NCBI GenBank assembly: GCA_963695875.1
Contig: CAVOID010000004.1
Span: 32,001 to 96,000 of the forward strand
Origin: an uncultured delta proteobacterium
GTDB taxonomy: Bacteria > Desulfobacterota > Syntrophia > Syntrophales > UBA2185
Length of the DNA stretch: 64,000 nt
Direction: 5' to 3'
Both the position numbers and the translations under genes were made by a program. Below, one piece after another: positions 52,072-63,894 of the stretch. The notes under the pieces are model-generated. The model was not told the DNA's origin and made no database searches. It saw only the letters and a program-made list of their open reading frames with translations. The first letter of the stretch is position 1. Every line of letters begins with the position of its first letter.

Positions 52072-52546
52072 ATGAAATATCATGACGAAAAATTTATAGA
52101 CCTTGCCCTTGAAGAAGCTCTCTTGGCCTTCTCGAAAGGGGAAATTCCTGTCGGTGCTGTGATCACTCTTGGAGATGAGATCTTGGTAAAATCACACAAC
52201 AGTCCTATTTCGATGGGGGACCCTTCCGCTCATGCAGAAATTCTTGCAATTCGTAAAGCTGCGGCGAAGGTTGGCAATTACCGCCTTGTAGGTACAACCC
52301 TGTATGTGACATTGGAACCCTGTATCATGTGTGCGGGAGCTATCATGCAGTCACGTATACAGAGAGTCGTATTTGGTGCGGACGACCCTAAAGGTGGCGG
52401 GGTTGTCGTCACTATACAGGATACTGCATGATAAAAGATTGAATCATTCTGTGGAAGTAACAGGTGGTGTAAAGAAAGATGCCTGCGCCGAAATTTTGAG
52501 TAGATTTTTCCGTGAAAAGAGGATAGCCTCAAAAGTTAATTCGTAG
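52072..52546 (+). CDS. tadA: tRNA adenosine deaminase, frameshifted
   Basis: GEIPVGAV, DPSAHAE, TLEPCIMCAGA. Confidence 0.92.
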
Positions 52547-52562
52547 TCATAAGTAATTTTGC

Positions 52563-52656
52563 GGAGAGATACCGAAGTGGTCATAACGGGATCGACTCGA
52601 AATCGATTTGGGGGCCAAAAGCTCTCACGGGGGTTCGAATCCCCCTCTCTCCGCCA
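52563..52656 (+). tRNA. tRNA-Ser(CGA)
   Basis: GGAGAGA acceptor stem, ATCGA-CT-CGA-AA-TCGAT anticodon arm, long variable arm, GGTTCGAATCC, CCA. Confidence 0.95.
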
Positions 52657-52735
52657 GGAAGAGGGATCAAGGATTAGGGGACAGGGTGGGCCATAAGGAA
52701 TTTATTGATCCCTGTTCCCTATCCCCCGAATGAAT

Positions 52736-52829
<94 letters not shown>

Positions 52830-52905
52830 GTATTAAGGTATAGGAGAAGGGAATAGGGATAAGTAAGAATTTTTTCTGACTCCCGATCTCTGTTCCCAAA
52901 GATCT

Positions 52906-53007
52906 GATAGCCGGGTCCCGTGCAACGGAGGGTTGTAAACCCCGCCAGGTCCGGAAGGAAGCAACGGTAGCAATTACCGACGTGTGCTGCGGGTAAACCT
53001 GGCTATC
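52906..53007 (+). ncRNA. ffs: signal recognition particle RNA (small)
   Basis: CAGGTCCGGAAGGAAGCAAC core; ends pair (GATAGCC/GGCTATC); upstream of dnaX. Confidence 0.92.
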
Positions 53008-53015
53008 TCAATGAG

Positions 53016-53238
53016 ACTTGGCCTTTCTCAAGGTAACACCACAGAGAAAGGCCATAGTCGAACTGACCCTGAGCCCGAAGGGTCTTGGGTCCAATTGAAT
53101 GGTACTTGGCCTTTCTCAAGGCAACGCCGCAGGAAAGGGCCATAGTCGAACTGACCCTGAGCCCGAAGGGTCTTGGGTCCAATTGAATGGTACTTGGCCT
53201 TTCTCAAGGCAACGCCGCAGGAAAAGGCCATAGTCGAA
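53016..53238. repeat. 88-bp tandem repeat, about 2.5 copies
   Basis: Units start at 53016, 53104 and 53192; each full unit has two hairpins. Confidence 0.9.
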
Positions 53239-53239
53239 T

Positions 53240-53354
53240 TGAATCCGGTAGCGAGCGCATTCCCCGTAGCTTGCTGTGGGGTAAGCGAGCGAATGGGGAA
53301 CATTATTTCCTTGTGGATCGAAGATTCTCCGCAGGTTACTGCGGAGAGCTTCAA
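53240..53354 (+). mobile_element. IS200/IS605-type non-autonomous element, family B, second copy
   Basis: Near-identical to 34478-34594. Confidence 0.8.
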
Positions 53355-53512
53355 TTATTAATTCTCGCTTAGAGTTTAGAGAATTCCTACTTTGTGATTT
53401 CGACCAAAGGTAGAAATCTTAACTGAGTAACTAATAAGATTCCTCGTCGCTTCGCCCATCGGGATGACATAATAACCCATATTTTTAAAGCATTCATTTA
53501 AATGGAGCAAGA

Positions 53513-55200
53513 GTGGAATACCTCGTTCTGGCAAGAAAATTCAGACCGCAAACCTTTGAAGATGTTGTGGGGCAAGAGCATGTGGTGAAGACCCTGACGA
53601 ATGCCATCCATCAAGGGCGCGTTGCTCATGCATTTATCTTCAGCGGTCCCCGTGGAGTGGGGAAAACAACGGTAGCCCGGATATTGGCCAAAGCCCTGAA
53701 TTGTGAAAAAGGGCCTTCACAAACACCGTGTAACGTATGCACCAATTGCCGGGAGATTGTAGAAGGCATATCCATGGATGTCCGCGAGATTGACGGAGCA
53801 TCAAACAGAGGCATTGATGAGATAAGGGAATTGCGGGAAAATGTCAAATTTTCTCCTGTATCATCCCGCTATAAACTCTATATCATTGATGAAGTGCACA
53901 TGCTGACCAGAGAGGCATTCAATGCCCTCCTGAAGACCCTGGAGGAACCGCCGTCACATGTAATTTTTATCTTTGCCACGACGGAAATCCAAAAAATACC
54001 GGCGACCATACTTTCCCGCTGTCAGTGCTTTGAATTCAGAAGGATATCACTGAAGCAGATCAAGAACAATTTGCGGCAAATTGCCGGGACAGAGGGGGTT
54101 CATGTCAGCGAGAATGGCCTGACCTGGATTGCCGAAGCGGGAGACGGGAGTTTGAGGGATGCCCAGAGCATCTTTGACCAGGTAATATCCTATGCAGGCT
54201 TTGAAATCAAGGATCAGGATATAGAAGCGATTTTAGGGCTGACGGACAGACGTTTTCTCTTCCGGCTTTCCGAGGCGGTATTCGAAAGAAACGCAAGCCT
54301 TTGCTTAAAGATCATCGAAGAGGGTTATTACGCCGGCCTGGATATGAAATACTTCTATCAAATGCTCATCGGTCATTTCAGGAACTTACTCCTTGCCAAA
54401 ATTGTGGGAAACGATCATGACCTGCTGGATTTGGGGGAGGACGAAGTGGCCGGTTTGAATAAGCAAACGGAAGGTACTTCACGTGAGACGCTCCAGCGAC
54501 TTTTAGATATATTGATGGCAGAAGAAGAAAATGTGAGAAAAAGTCAGAATCCACGCATTAACCTTGAGACCACCCTTGTCAGAATGGCCTATCTCGAACC
54601 GATGATACCTATTGATGACCATTCTTTCCAGGATGGAAGGTCTTGAGAAAAGACTGACATCCGGGGGAATGGTCCAGTCTAAACCAACTGTATACGAGAT
54701 AAAGGAGGCAAGCCCCGTTCCTTCTCAGGAGCTCTTCAGCCTCACACAGTGCGGGAATGGTTGACGAAGTCCATAGCGGATACGATATCAGCGACGGCAA
54801 GAAGATCGGGAGATATCTGGGAGGGTTATAAGGAATTGGTAAAAAAACGGTGGTCCCCCCTGGGGTCCAAGATTGAGTCAGGAGAATTCGTCAGTTTTGA
54901 AAACAGACATCTGAAAATTGGCATCCACAAAGATTACAATTTTCTTATAGATGAGAATGACAAAAATCGTCTTACTGAGATTGCAAGGGAATACTTCGGG
55001 GAGGATGTTGCAGTAAAGATCGAACCTCTGGAATCTGATTCCGGCAACAGGCATAATCAAATAAAAAATGGCACCACAAATAACAACAGGACCAATGATA
55101 TCAAGCGAGATGCCCTCAACCATCCACTTCTGCAAAAGGTGCTGGATGTTTTGATGGTGCCGTGGTACGAGAGGTTATTACGAAAACAAATCACGAATAA
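53513..55200 (+). CDS. dnaX: DNA polymerase III subunit gamma/tau, split by indels
   Basis: [33 protein letters not shown]-terminal [13 protein letters not shown]. Confidence 0.95.
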
Positions 55201-55336
55201 CATTAATAACAGGATTCAAAGGTCAGGGATTAAATGGCATGCATAGAAAAAATCTCGAGCACTTGACTAGCCCTCGGCCCCTTTTTGCTATGACAAATAT
55301 GAAGAACCATTAATAATTATTACAGGAGGTAGTCCG

Positions 55337-55651
55337 TTGACACATAATTTTGGAAATATCATGAAGCAGGCAAAAAAAATTCAGGAAAAAATGGCCAGTA
55401 TGCAGGCTGAGCTGGAATCCAGGACTGTTGAAGCGACAGCCGGAGGGGGCATGGTAACCGTCGTGGTGAATGGAAAATTTGAGATCCTGTCTCTGAAAAT
55501 TGATAAAGAGGTTGTCAATCCGGAAGATGTCGATATGCTGCAGGATCTTATCATAGCGGCAGTGAATGAAGGTATTCGTAAAGCTCAGGAGATGGCCTCG
55601 GCAGAGATGGCGAAGATTACAGGTGGTTTTAATATTCCCGGTTTAATGTAG
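55337..55651 (+). CDS. ybaB: YbaB/EbfC nucleoid-associated protein
   Basis: [20 protein letters not shown]; between dnaX and recR. Confidence 0.93.
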   Translation: MTHNFGNIMKQAKKIQEKMASMQAELESRTVEATAGGGMVTVVVNGKFEILSLKIDKEVVNPEDVDMLQDLIIAAVNEGIRKAQEMASAEMAKITGGFNIPGLM

Positions 55652-55665
55652 CGCAGGTTTCGAAA

Positions 55666-56265
55666 ATGACAGGTTATGCCTTCCTATACAACGTCTGATT
55701 AAAGAGCTCGGGAAATTACCCGGCATCGGGGAAAAAACTGCAACAAGATTAGCCACATTTATCCTTCGTGCGTCTCGAGGAAGATGCACGAAAACTTGCC
55801 GAAGCTGTGTTAGAAGTCAAGCAAAAGATTCGCCTTTGCTCTGTATGTTTCAATCTGGCTGAGGGCAATCTCTGTGAAATATGTATGGACCCCTCACGAG
55901 ACAAAGGCCTCATATGTGTTGTCGAAGAACCTGATTCTCTCATTGCCATAGAGGAAAGCGGGAGTTTCAGGGGAACCTATCATGTGCTCCACGGAGCCCT
56001 TTCACCCCTCGACGGTATCGGACCTGATCACCTGAGATTGCAGGAATTTTTAAAAAGGATCGAGGACAATAGGGTAGAAGAAATAATCGTAGCCACAAAT
56101 CCAAGCGTACAGGGTGAAGCTACAGCCCTTCTCATTAACAAATTTGTCAAGAGTCTGGGTATCAAAGTAACCCGGATCGCCCTCGGTGTGCCTGTTGGTG
56201 GTGATCTTAAATACATGGACAAGATGACTTTGTCAAAGTCCATGGAATACCGACGGGGTATTTAA
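55666..56265 (+). CDS. recR: recombination protein RecR, frameshifted
   Basis: [37 protein letters not shown]. Confidence 0.95.
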
Positions 56266-56390
56266 TTATTTTAAAAATTTTTAAAAAAACTTGACAGGGG
56301 AGCAATTTTGTAATAGGTAGCCGAGCATCGTTTTTAAGGTTTTTAACATCCTAAACCTTTCTACATCAATCCATTCTGGGAGATTTTCCA

Positions 56391-56936
56391 ATGATAGAAG
56401 TAAGATGGCATGGAAGAGGCGGTCAGGGAGCGGTAACATCAGTTGAATTGCTCGCATTGACTGCCATCGGAGAGGGTAAGTATGCTCAGGGTTTCCCGAG
56501 TTTCGGACCTGAGAGAAGAGGCGCACCGGTTGCGGCGTTTAATCGGATCGATGATCACCACATAAAGATCAGATCTCAGATTTACAATCCGGATGTCGTG
56601 GTTGTCCTTGATGAGAGTCTCATCGGTATGGTTAATGTTGCCGACGGACTGAAACCAGAAGGCATACTCATTGTTAACACGGCAAAAACAGCAAAGGAAA
56701 TTGCGGAAGTAACTAAATTTAAAGGGAAGATCGCTACGGTCGATGGGTCGTCTATTGCATGGAAGGAGCTTGGCGTTCCGATTACGAATACAACCATGCT
56801 TGGGGCGCTGATCAAGTGTACGAACGCGGTGAAGCTCGATTCGGTGAAGGGTCCGGTGGATCACAGGTTCGGCAGGATCGCCAACAAGAACCTGGCGGCC
56901 ATGAAAAGGGCATACGACGAAGTCAAATTTAACTAA
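56391..56936 (+). CDS. porC: pyruvate/2-oxoacid:ferredoxin oxidoreductase gamma subunit
   Basis: EVRWHGRGGQGAVT, FGPERRGAPV, NTTMLGA. Confidence 0.9.
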   Translation: MIEVRWHGRGGQGAVTSVELLALTAIGEGKYAQGFPSFGPERRGAPVAAFNRIDDHHIKIRSQIYNPDVVVVLDESLIGMVNVADGLKPEGILIVNTAKTAKEIAEVTKFKGKIATVDGSSIAWKELGVPITNTTMLGALIKCTNAVKLDSVKGPVDHRFGRIANKNLAAMKRAYDEVKFN

Positions 56937-56962
56937 GAAGTGAATGAGTATTGAGGTATCAT

Positions 56963-57250
56963 ATGACAGAGAAGAAGTGGCCAGAAAGCTGGCAAGATTG
57001 TAATCCGGGGTTAATGATATTGAAACCTGGAAGTTCAAGGTCATATTTGACCGGGGGCTGGAGGGCCCAAAAACCCATCTGGGATAATACGAAATGCATC
57101 AAGTGCGGTGTCTGCTATTTGTTCTGTCCTGAAGCGTGCATTACGGAAGATGCTGAGGGATTCTTTACGGCGGATCTTAATTACTGCAAAGGTTGCGGCA
57201 TTTGCTACCACGAGTGCTGGCCCCGTGCCATAAAGATGGTAGAGGACTGA
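56963..57250 (+). CDS. porD: 2-oxoacid:ferredoxin oxidoreductase delta subunit
   Basis: TGGWR..KP, CIKCGVCYLFCP, YCKGCGICYHEC. Confidence 0.9.
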   Translation: MTEKKWPESWQDCNPGLMILKPGSSRSYLTGGWRAQKPIWDNTKCIKCGVCYLFCPEACITEDAEGFFTADLNYCKGCGICYHECWPRAIKMVED

Positions 57251-57263
57251 GGAGGGATAGGTA

Positions 57264-58431
57264 ATGTCGAAAAGAATTGGAATGGAAATTGCTATGGCCG
57301 CGGCAGAAGCGGTCGCTATGTGCAGACCCGATGTCATTGCTGCTTATCCCATCACGCCTAATACGCATATCCCTGAACACCTTGCTGAAATTGTTGCAGA
57401 CGGGCATCTTGATTGTGAATTTATAACCGTGGAATCCGAGCACTCGGCGCTGAGCGCCTGTACCGGTGCATCGGCGGCGGGGGCCCGCGTATTTACAGCG
57501 ACAAGCTCACAGGGACTGCTGTATATGTATGAAATCGTTCCGGTCGTTCCGTCCATGAGACTTCCGGTAATTATGTGTCTTGGCAACAGGGCCATATCGG
57601 GTCCTATCAACATCTGGAACGATCACAGTGACGTCATGACAGTGAGGGATCTGGGTTGGATTAATCTGTTCGCATCGAACGGACAGGAAACCATCGATAT
57701 GTGCATCCAGGCCTTCAAGATCGGTGAGCATGCGGATGTCATGCTGCCGGTCCTCGTAAATCTGGATGGTTTCCAGCTTGACCCATGTGGTGGAGGCGAT
57801 GATGATGCCGGATCAGGAGGAAGTGGACAAGTTCCTCCCGCCGCGCAAACCCTATGCGGCCTTGCATCCGGATAATGTCGTTTCCATGGGAACCCTGGGG
57901 CTCCCGGATATATATAACGAGGCGAAAAAAGCCAATGATGAGGCGCTCATCAATTCAAAGAAGGTCATCCTTGAAATATGGAAAGAATGGGAGGCGATGT
58001 TCGGCCGGAAATATGAACCCATCATGTCCTATAAGGCAAATGATGCCGATGTGCTCATGCTGACAATGGGCTCCATGGGTGAGACGGCGCAGGTCGCCAT
58101 TGATGAGTTGCGCAAGGAGGGTCTCAAGGCAGGGCTGTTAGACCTGAAGCTTTGGAGGCCATTCCCTGCTGATGAATTGAAAAAGGCAGTGAAAGGAGCC
58201 AAGAACCTGATTGTTATTGACCGGGCGGTTATGTCCGGCGGTGCTGCTGCTCCTCTCTGTGCCGAGGTGAAATCCGTCCTGTATGATGAGCCGGTTCGTC
58301 CCGTGATTACGAATGAAATCATCGGCCTCGGCGGTCGTGACGTGAAGGTTGAAGACTTTAAAAATATCTTCAAGAAGGCAGCCAAGGGTAAACCCGAAAG
58401 AGCATATGAAATTTATGGAGTGAGGGGATAA
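57264..58431 (+). CDS. porA: 2-oxoacid:ferredoxin oxidoreductase alpha subunit, frameshifted
   Basis: [33 protein letters not shown]. Confidence 0.9.
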
Positions 58432-58433
58432 TC

Positions 58434-59403
58434 ATGAAGAGTATTGTAGAAAATTTTGATTTGTTTGCCCCAAAGCTGGTTGATAAAGAGGAGTATTACA
58501 GTTCAGGACATCGTGCCTGCCAGGGGTGCGGTGAGGCTCTGGCTATACGCCTGATGGCCAAGGCTTTGGGTAAGGATACGGTAGTGACCAATGCTACGGG
58601 ATGTATGGAGGTTACTGCAACCCCCTATCCGACGACGGCATGGAAGCTCCCATGGGTGCATGTGGCGTTTCCGAATTCCGCGTCAGTGGGAGCGGGCGTT
58701 GAGTCTGCCTTGAAAGTTCTCCGGAGAAAGGGCAAGATTGCGGACAGGGATATCAAGGTGGTTTCGATCGGAGGCGACGGAGGGTCCTTTGACATCGGTT
58801 TCCAGGCCATTTCAGGAGCCATGGAGCGTGGTCACAACATGATCTATATCGTCTATGACAATGAAGCTTACATGAATACGGGTATTCAGCGGTCCGGTGG
58901 TACACCTTATGGGGCTTCGACAACGACAGCTCCCGCCGGAAAGGCCAGTGTCGGGAACACGACATGGAAGAAAAATATGGCCGAAATCATGGTCGCTCAC
59001 AGAGTACCCTATGTTGCAACAGCAACCCATAGCTATCCTATAGATTTTATGAACAAGGTCAAAAAAGCAAGGAAGGTGAACGGCCCTGCCTTTATTCACT
59101 GTCTTGCCGTATGCCCGACGGGATGGCGAACATCGTTCGGATACATGCATCAAGATGGCCCGTCTCGCTGTGGAAACGGGTGTATTCCCGCTCTATGAGG
59201 TAGAAAACGGGAAATACAAGTTCTCGCCGGATAATCCCAAGAAGCTGAGACCCATAGAGGATTACCTGAAGCCACAGGGACGGTTCAGACATCTTACGCC
59301 GGATCAGATTAGTATTTTTAAAGAAATGGCGATGATTGAGTACAATAAAGTGCTGGAAAGAGTGAAGCATTGCAACAAATCCTGGTCTGAATTGAAAAGC
59401 TAA
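58434..59403 (+). CDS. porB: 2-oxoacid:ferredoxin oxidoreductase beta subunit, frameshifted
   Basis: [44 protein letters not shown]. Confidence 0.9.
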
Positions 59404-59436
59404 AGTGTTAATTAAACGGGATAAGGTGATTGAAGT

Positions 59437-59904
59437 ATGAAGACAGCAGAAGACCAAAAAGAAATCGGTTAAAGACATCATAAAGAAATATGGTGGCGAT
59501 AAGACGTGCAATGATAGCAATCCTTCAGGATGTCCAGGAAGAATACAGATATTTACCAAAGGAAAGCTCTATCCTCTATAAGTAAACAGATGGATGTGCC
59601 CCTCACCAGGATTTATGAGATTGCGACGTTTTACAACGCTTTCAGCCTTAAGCCACGGGGCAAGAACCTGATCGAGGTATGTGCCGGTACGGCATGCCAT
59701 GTTCAGGGTGCAGCCAGGCTGATGGACAGAATGGAGAGAGATTTGGCAATTAAGTGCGGCGAAACAACGAAGGACAAAATGTTTTCCCTTGAAGAGGTCA
59801 GATGTCTCGGATGTTGCAGTCTGGCCCCTGTCGTGCGGATAAGCGGTAATATTCATCCTAACTTAACTCAGGACGAGATTCCGAAGATTTTGAAGAATTA
59901 TTAA
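59437..59904 (+). CDS. NuoE/HydC-like 2Fe-2S subunit, frameshifted at the 5' end
   Basis: ILQDVQEEY.YL, ATFYNAFSL.PRG, CAGTACHVQG, CLGCCSLAP. Confidence 0.9.
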
Positions 59905-59920
59905 TAATAGGGGTGGTAAA

Positions 59921-61837
59921 GTGAGTAAGATCAATACGCTTGAAGATTTAAACAAGGCAGCGAAGAGAGGTCTGGAGTCGATCATCCCGTCCAAGACAAA
60001 AGTTATGGTAGGGATGGCGACAAGTGGGATTGCGTCGGGGGCGCAGGAGGTTTACAATGCCCTGGCGGAAGAAATAAAGAAACGGAAGCTGGATATGATC
60101 CTGAGTAAAACGGGAGCCATGGGGATGGATTGCATAGAGCCCCTGGTGGATGTCCTGCAGCCGAACAAACCGCGCTTAGCATACAGCAAAGTGACAGCCA
60201 AGAAGGTACCGGAAATTATCGATCAGATCGTGAAAGGTGCTGTGAATGGCAATAAACCTGCTTACAGAATGGATGAAGAAGAATTCATCTGTCTGGGTGA
60301 AAAGAAACCATATTTTAAAGGTTCCGTATCCAAAGATTTGGAAGGTATTCCAAAGATCGGTGATGTGAGCTTCTATAAGAAACAGTTGAAGCTGGCAACA
60401 AGAAACTGCGGAATGATCAATTTTGAGAGCATCGATGAATACATCGCGAAAGGCGGTTATTTCAGCCTTTTTAAGGCTCTCACGAAGATGAAACCGGATG
60501 AGATCATTGAAGAGATCATTGCTTCAGGTTTAAGGGGCCGTGGAGGTGGAGGATTCCCGGCGGGTATTAAATGGCAGACATGCAGGCGCGCCCATGGAGA
60601 TATTAAGTACGTCATCTGCAACGGAGACGAAGGCGACCCCGGTGCGTACATGGATAGAAGCGTTATGGAAGGCGATCCCCACAGCGTGATCGAAGGAATG
60701 ATCATTGGCGCCTATGCCATCGGTTCCAGTCAGGGATTTATTTATGTCAGAAATGAATATCCCCTGGCCGTGAGCGAATCTGCAGAGAGCACTGGATCAG
60801 GCAAGGGAATATGGGCTCCTCGGGAAAAATATTCTCAATACAGGATTTGACTTCGATTTAAGAATCGGCAAGGGTGCCGGCGCCTTTGTTTGCGGCGAAT
60901 CAACGGCGTCTGATGACTTCTCTGGAAGGCAAAGCCGGAGAGCCGAGAGCAAAATATATCCATACCGTAGAACATGGTCTATGGGATAGGCCCTCCAATC
61001 TGAATAATGTTGAAACCTGGGCGAATGTACCGGCGATTATCAGCAGGGGAGCCAAGTGGTTCTCCAGTATCGGCTGTAAGAATAATTCCGGAACAAAGGT
61101 CTTTTGCCTCGTCGGGAAGATAAACAATATCGGAATGGTTGAGGTACCAATGGGGATACCGCTGAAAGAAATTATTTATGAAATCGGCGGCGGAATTCCT
61201 GGCGGCAAGAAATATAAAGCAGTGCAGACAGGTGGTCCATCAGGTGGATGCTTACCCGACAAGCTGATAGATATTTCAGTTGATTTTGATTCTTTGTGGA
61301 ATGCAGGTTCCATGATGGGTTCCGGCGGTATGATTGTCATGGATGAAACAACCTGTATGGTTGATATCGCACGATATTTCATTGATTTCCTTGAATTTGA
61401 ATCATGCGGAAAATGTACTCCCTGCCGGGAAGGTGTGTACAGGATGAATGAAATCCTGCATGATATCTGCGACGGAAAGGGAAAAGAGGGTGATGTTGAA
61501 CTTCTGGAGTCCATGTCCCAGGGGATCGTCGATGGAGCTTTGTGCGCCCTAGGCAGCACGGCTGCGAACCCGGTCTTGAGTACCCTCAAGTATTTCCGTG
61601 ATGAGTATGTCGCTCATGTTCGGGACAAGAAATGTCCTGCCGGTGTATGCAAGGCTCTGATCCGTTTCAGCATTAGCGATGAGAAATGTACAGGATGCGG
61701 CGTTTGTCTTAAGAAGTGTCCTACTGAGTGCATAAGCGGTGAAAAGAAAAAGACACACGTGATTGATCAAACATAAGTGTATCAAATGCGGTGTCTGTAA
61801 AGAGAGCTGTAAATTTGACGCAATAATCGTAGAATGA
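59921..61837 (+). CDS. NuoF/HydB-like FMN/NADH-binding subunit with C-terminal 2x4Fe-4S, frameshifted
   Basis: [56 protein letters not shown]...CIKCGVC. Confidence 0.92.
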
Positions 61838-61848
61838 AGGTAGGGGAA

Positions 61849-62564
61849 ATGGTAAGCTTTATCATAGATGGTAAGAAGGTTGAGGCTGAGGAAGGTGCAA
61901 CCGTACTGCAGGTTGCTCGTAAAAATGGCATAACGATTCCAACCCTGTGCTGTCATGAGTCAGTTGCTCCATCAGGAGCATGCCGCCTCTGTGTGGTTGA
62001 AGTCAAGAAAGGCAAAAGAACGAGAATCGTGACTTCATGCCTGTACCCTGTTGATGAAGGAATCGTTGTTGAAACGAAAAGCTGACAGGGTTATGAATGT
62101 CCGCCGTCTCGTTATGCAGCTTCTCATGGCAAGGTGTCCTGAGTCCGATGTGCTTAAGGATATGGCTAAAGAGATGGGCATTGAACCACAACCTGCCTTT
62201 CATCCTGACACAGACAAAGGGAAGTGCGTCCTGTGCAGACTATGTGTTAAAGCCTGTGAAGATGTCGTGGGTGCAAGCGCAATTGGTTTGTCCGGCAGAG
62301 GCAAGAACAAAAAAGTAGGTCCCCCGTTCGTGGAGGATTCAAAGACATGTATCGGATGTGGCGCGTGTGCGTATATCTGCCCGACGGAACACATCATTAT
62401 GGAATCAACGGACAGCAAAAGGAAGATCTGGGGACGTACATTTCAAGATGCAGGCTTGCGATAAATGCGGCAGGTATTTTGCCCCGGTTGACCAGTTGAA
62501 GTTCATCAGCGAAAAGACAGGTACGCCGCTGACTGAACTTGCGGTCTGCATGAGCTGTAAATAG
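61849..62564 (+). CDS. short NuoG/HydA N-terminal-like Fe-S protein with no catalytic domain, frameshifted
   Basis: IPTLC, GACRLCVVE, TSC, CVLCRLCVKAC, CIGCGACAYICP, terminal CDKCG...CMSC. Confidence 0.85.
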
Positions 62565-62683
62565 TATACGAGCCTCAGAAAGGTTTGTATCGGATCGAGT
62601 TGGTGTATAGTCGTGCCCTGAGATGATAGTATGGGCCATAAACTAGCCTTTAAGACGTACTGTCTGACTATATAGATGAATAG

Positions 62684-62718
62684 AGACCCCGGTGATATTG
62701 TTCGCCGGGGTCTTTTTT
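62684..62718 (+). terminator. intrinsic terminator
   Basis: AGACCCCGGTGA-loop-TCGCCGGGGTCT followed by a T run. Confidence 0.8.
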
Positions 62719-62847
62719 ATTGGCGTCTGTGACTTACTGCGACCATTTATAATTGACACACATCCTCTTTTTCCCTATATTATTTCATAATCAGGGCGAA
62801 TTACTGTCAAATATTGACATCCAACGGCTTGAGAGGGGGCATTGTAC

Positions 62848-63495
62848 ATGACGAAGAGAGTGGACAGGATAACCATCGATATGAATGCGGCCCGCTTGCA
62901 GGAAGATCTGGAGAGATATAAGGCAAAGGTTTTGGAGCTAGGAGCCAGCCGTGCCGCAATCGTAAGAGTTCACGAGATTCCTGTCGATGAAAGAATCGTT
63001 TTGAAATGCCAGATTCCTCGGTGCTTCGGATACGGCACAAGCGCCCATTGCCCGCCCAATACAATGAAGCCGGCAGAGCTCCGTGACTTACTGAAGGGAT
63101 ACCAGTGGGCAGTTTTCTTCACATCAGATGTTCCGCCGGAGGTGATCGTCAGAGACAGGGCCACGATCAGGGAAAGAGAGGCCGCATATCGGAAAATCTT
63201 TAATGTCGTTAACGAGATCGAATCCATGGCCTTTTACGACGGCCACTATCTGGCCTTTGGCTTTGCCGCCGGCTCCTGCCGTCACACCTTCTGCAGCGGA
63301 CAGGAAAATTGTCAGGCCATGGAAGGGAAGAGATGCAGAATTGCTCTCCGTTCCCGACCTTCTATGGAAGCTGTAGGCATTGATGTTTATAAAATGGCTG
63401 CTGCATTGGGGTGGGACATCTACCCTATCGGCAGCGACGCCAAGCCGGAAGACATCCCCAAAGGTACCCTGGCAGGGATCATCATTATACAATAA
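62848..63495 (+). CDS. DUF2284-like Cys-rich metal-binding protein
   Basis: LKCQIPRC..YG...CPP, AGSC...C...C...CR...RPSMEAVGIDV. Confidence 0.8.
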   Translation: MTKRVDRITIDMNAARLQEDLERYKAKVLELGASRAAIVRVHEIPVDERIVLKCQIPRCFGYGTSAHCPPNTMKPAELRDLLKGYQWAVFFTSDVPPEVIVRDRATIREREAAYRKIFNVVNEIESMAFYDGHYLAFGFAAGSCRHTFCSGQENCQAMEGKRCRIALRSRPSMEAVGIDVYKMAAALGWDIYPIGSDAKPEDIPKGTLAGIIIIQ

Positions 63496-63847
63496 TCCAT
63501 TTCCTGATGTTTCAAACTCATGTTGCACAGTATATACAATTGCTATCTTTAGCGCCTGTAAAAAAATACATGCACAAAGCAAACAGTATCTTGAGGCATG
63601 CCGGGTTCTGACTTTCCCCGAGATTGAACAGCCTCTTGAGGTTTTCTCTATTCTCTATCGATAAACCATGCCGTAAGCAGATCACGATACTTCGCAAAAC
63701 TATACTCTCTCAATAAATCAAAACTATTAATTCAATTCTCAATAATCAGGGTGGAATCGGATGATTACTACATCTCTGGTTAGTATGGTTATGCAAGTCA
63801 GGAATTCAGTTTTCCAATGAAAAATTTATTCTTCGGAAGAAAATATA

Positions 63848-63894
63848 TGACAATATATAGTATTTATGCTTGACATTAACCACTATATATTGTA
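63848..63894 (+). promoter_or_regulatory. tandem NrdR boxes flanking a TTGACA
   Basis: TGACAATATATAGTAT and ACCACTATATATTGTA, starts 31 bp apart. Confidence 0.7.

Noticed and set aside
53016..53238. CRISPR array
   Set aside because: Whole 88-bp units repeat with no unique spacers, and no cas genes are in the window.
54600..54660. Programmed frameshift in dnaX producing gamma and tau
   Set aside because: Removing one base in GACCATT restores [15 protein letters not shown]. There is no slippery heptamer, and similar indels affect many genes in the window.
59437..62564. Respiratory complex I (nuoEFG) or an [FeFe]-hydrogenase
   Set aside because: No membrane nuo genes are adjacent, and the third subunit has no H-cluster or molybdopterin domain.
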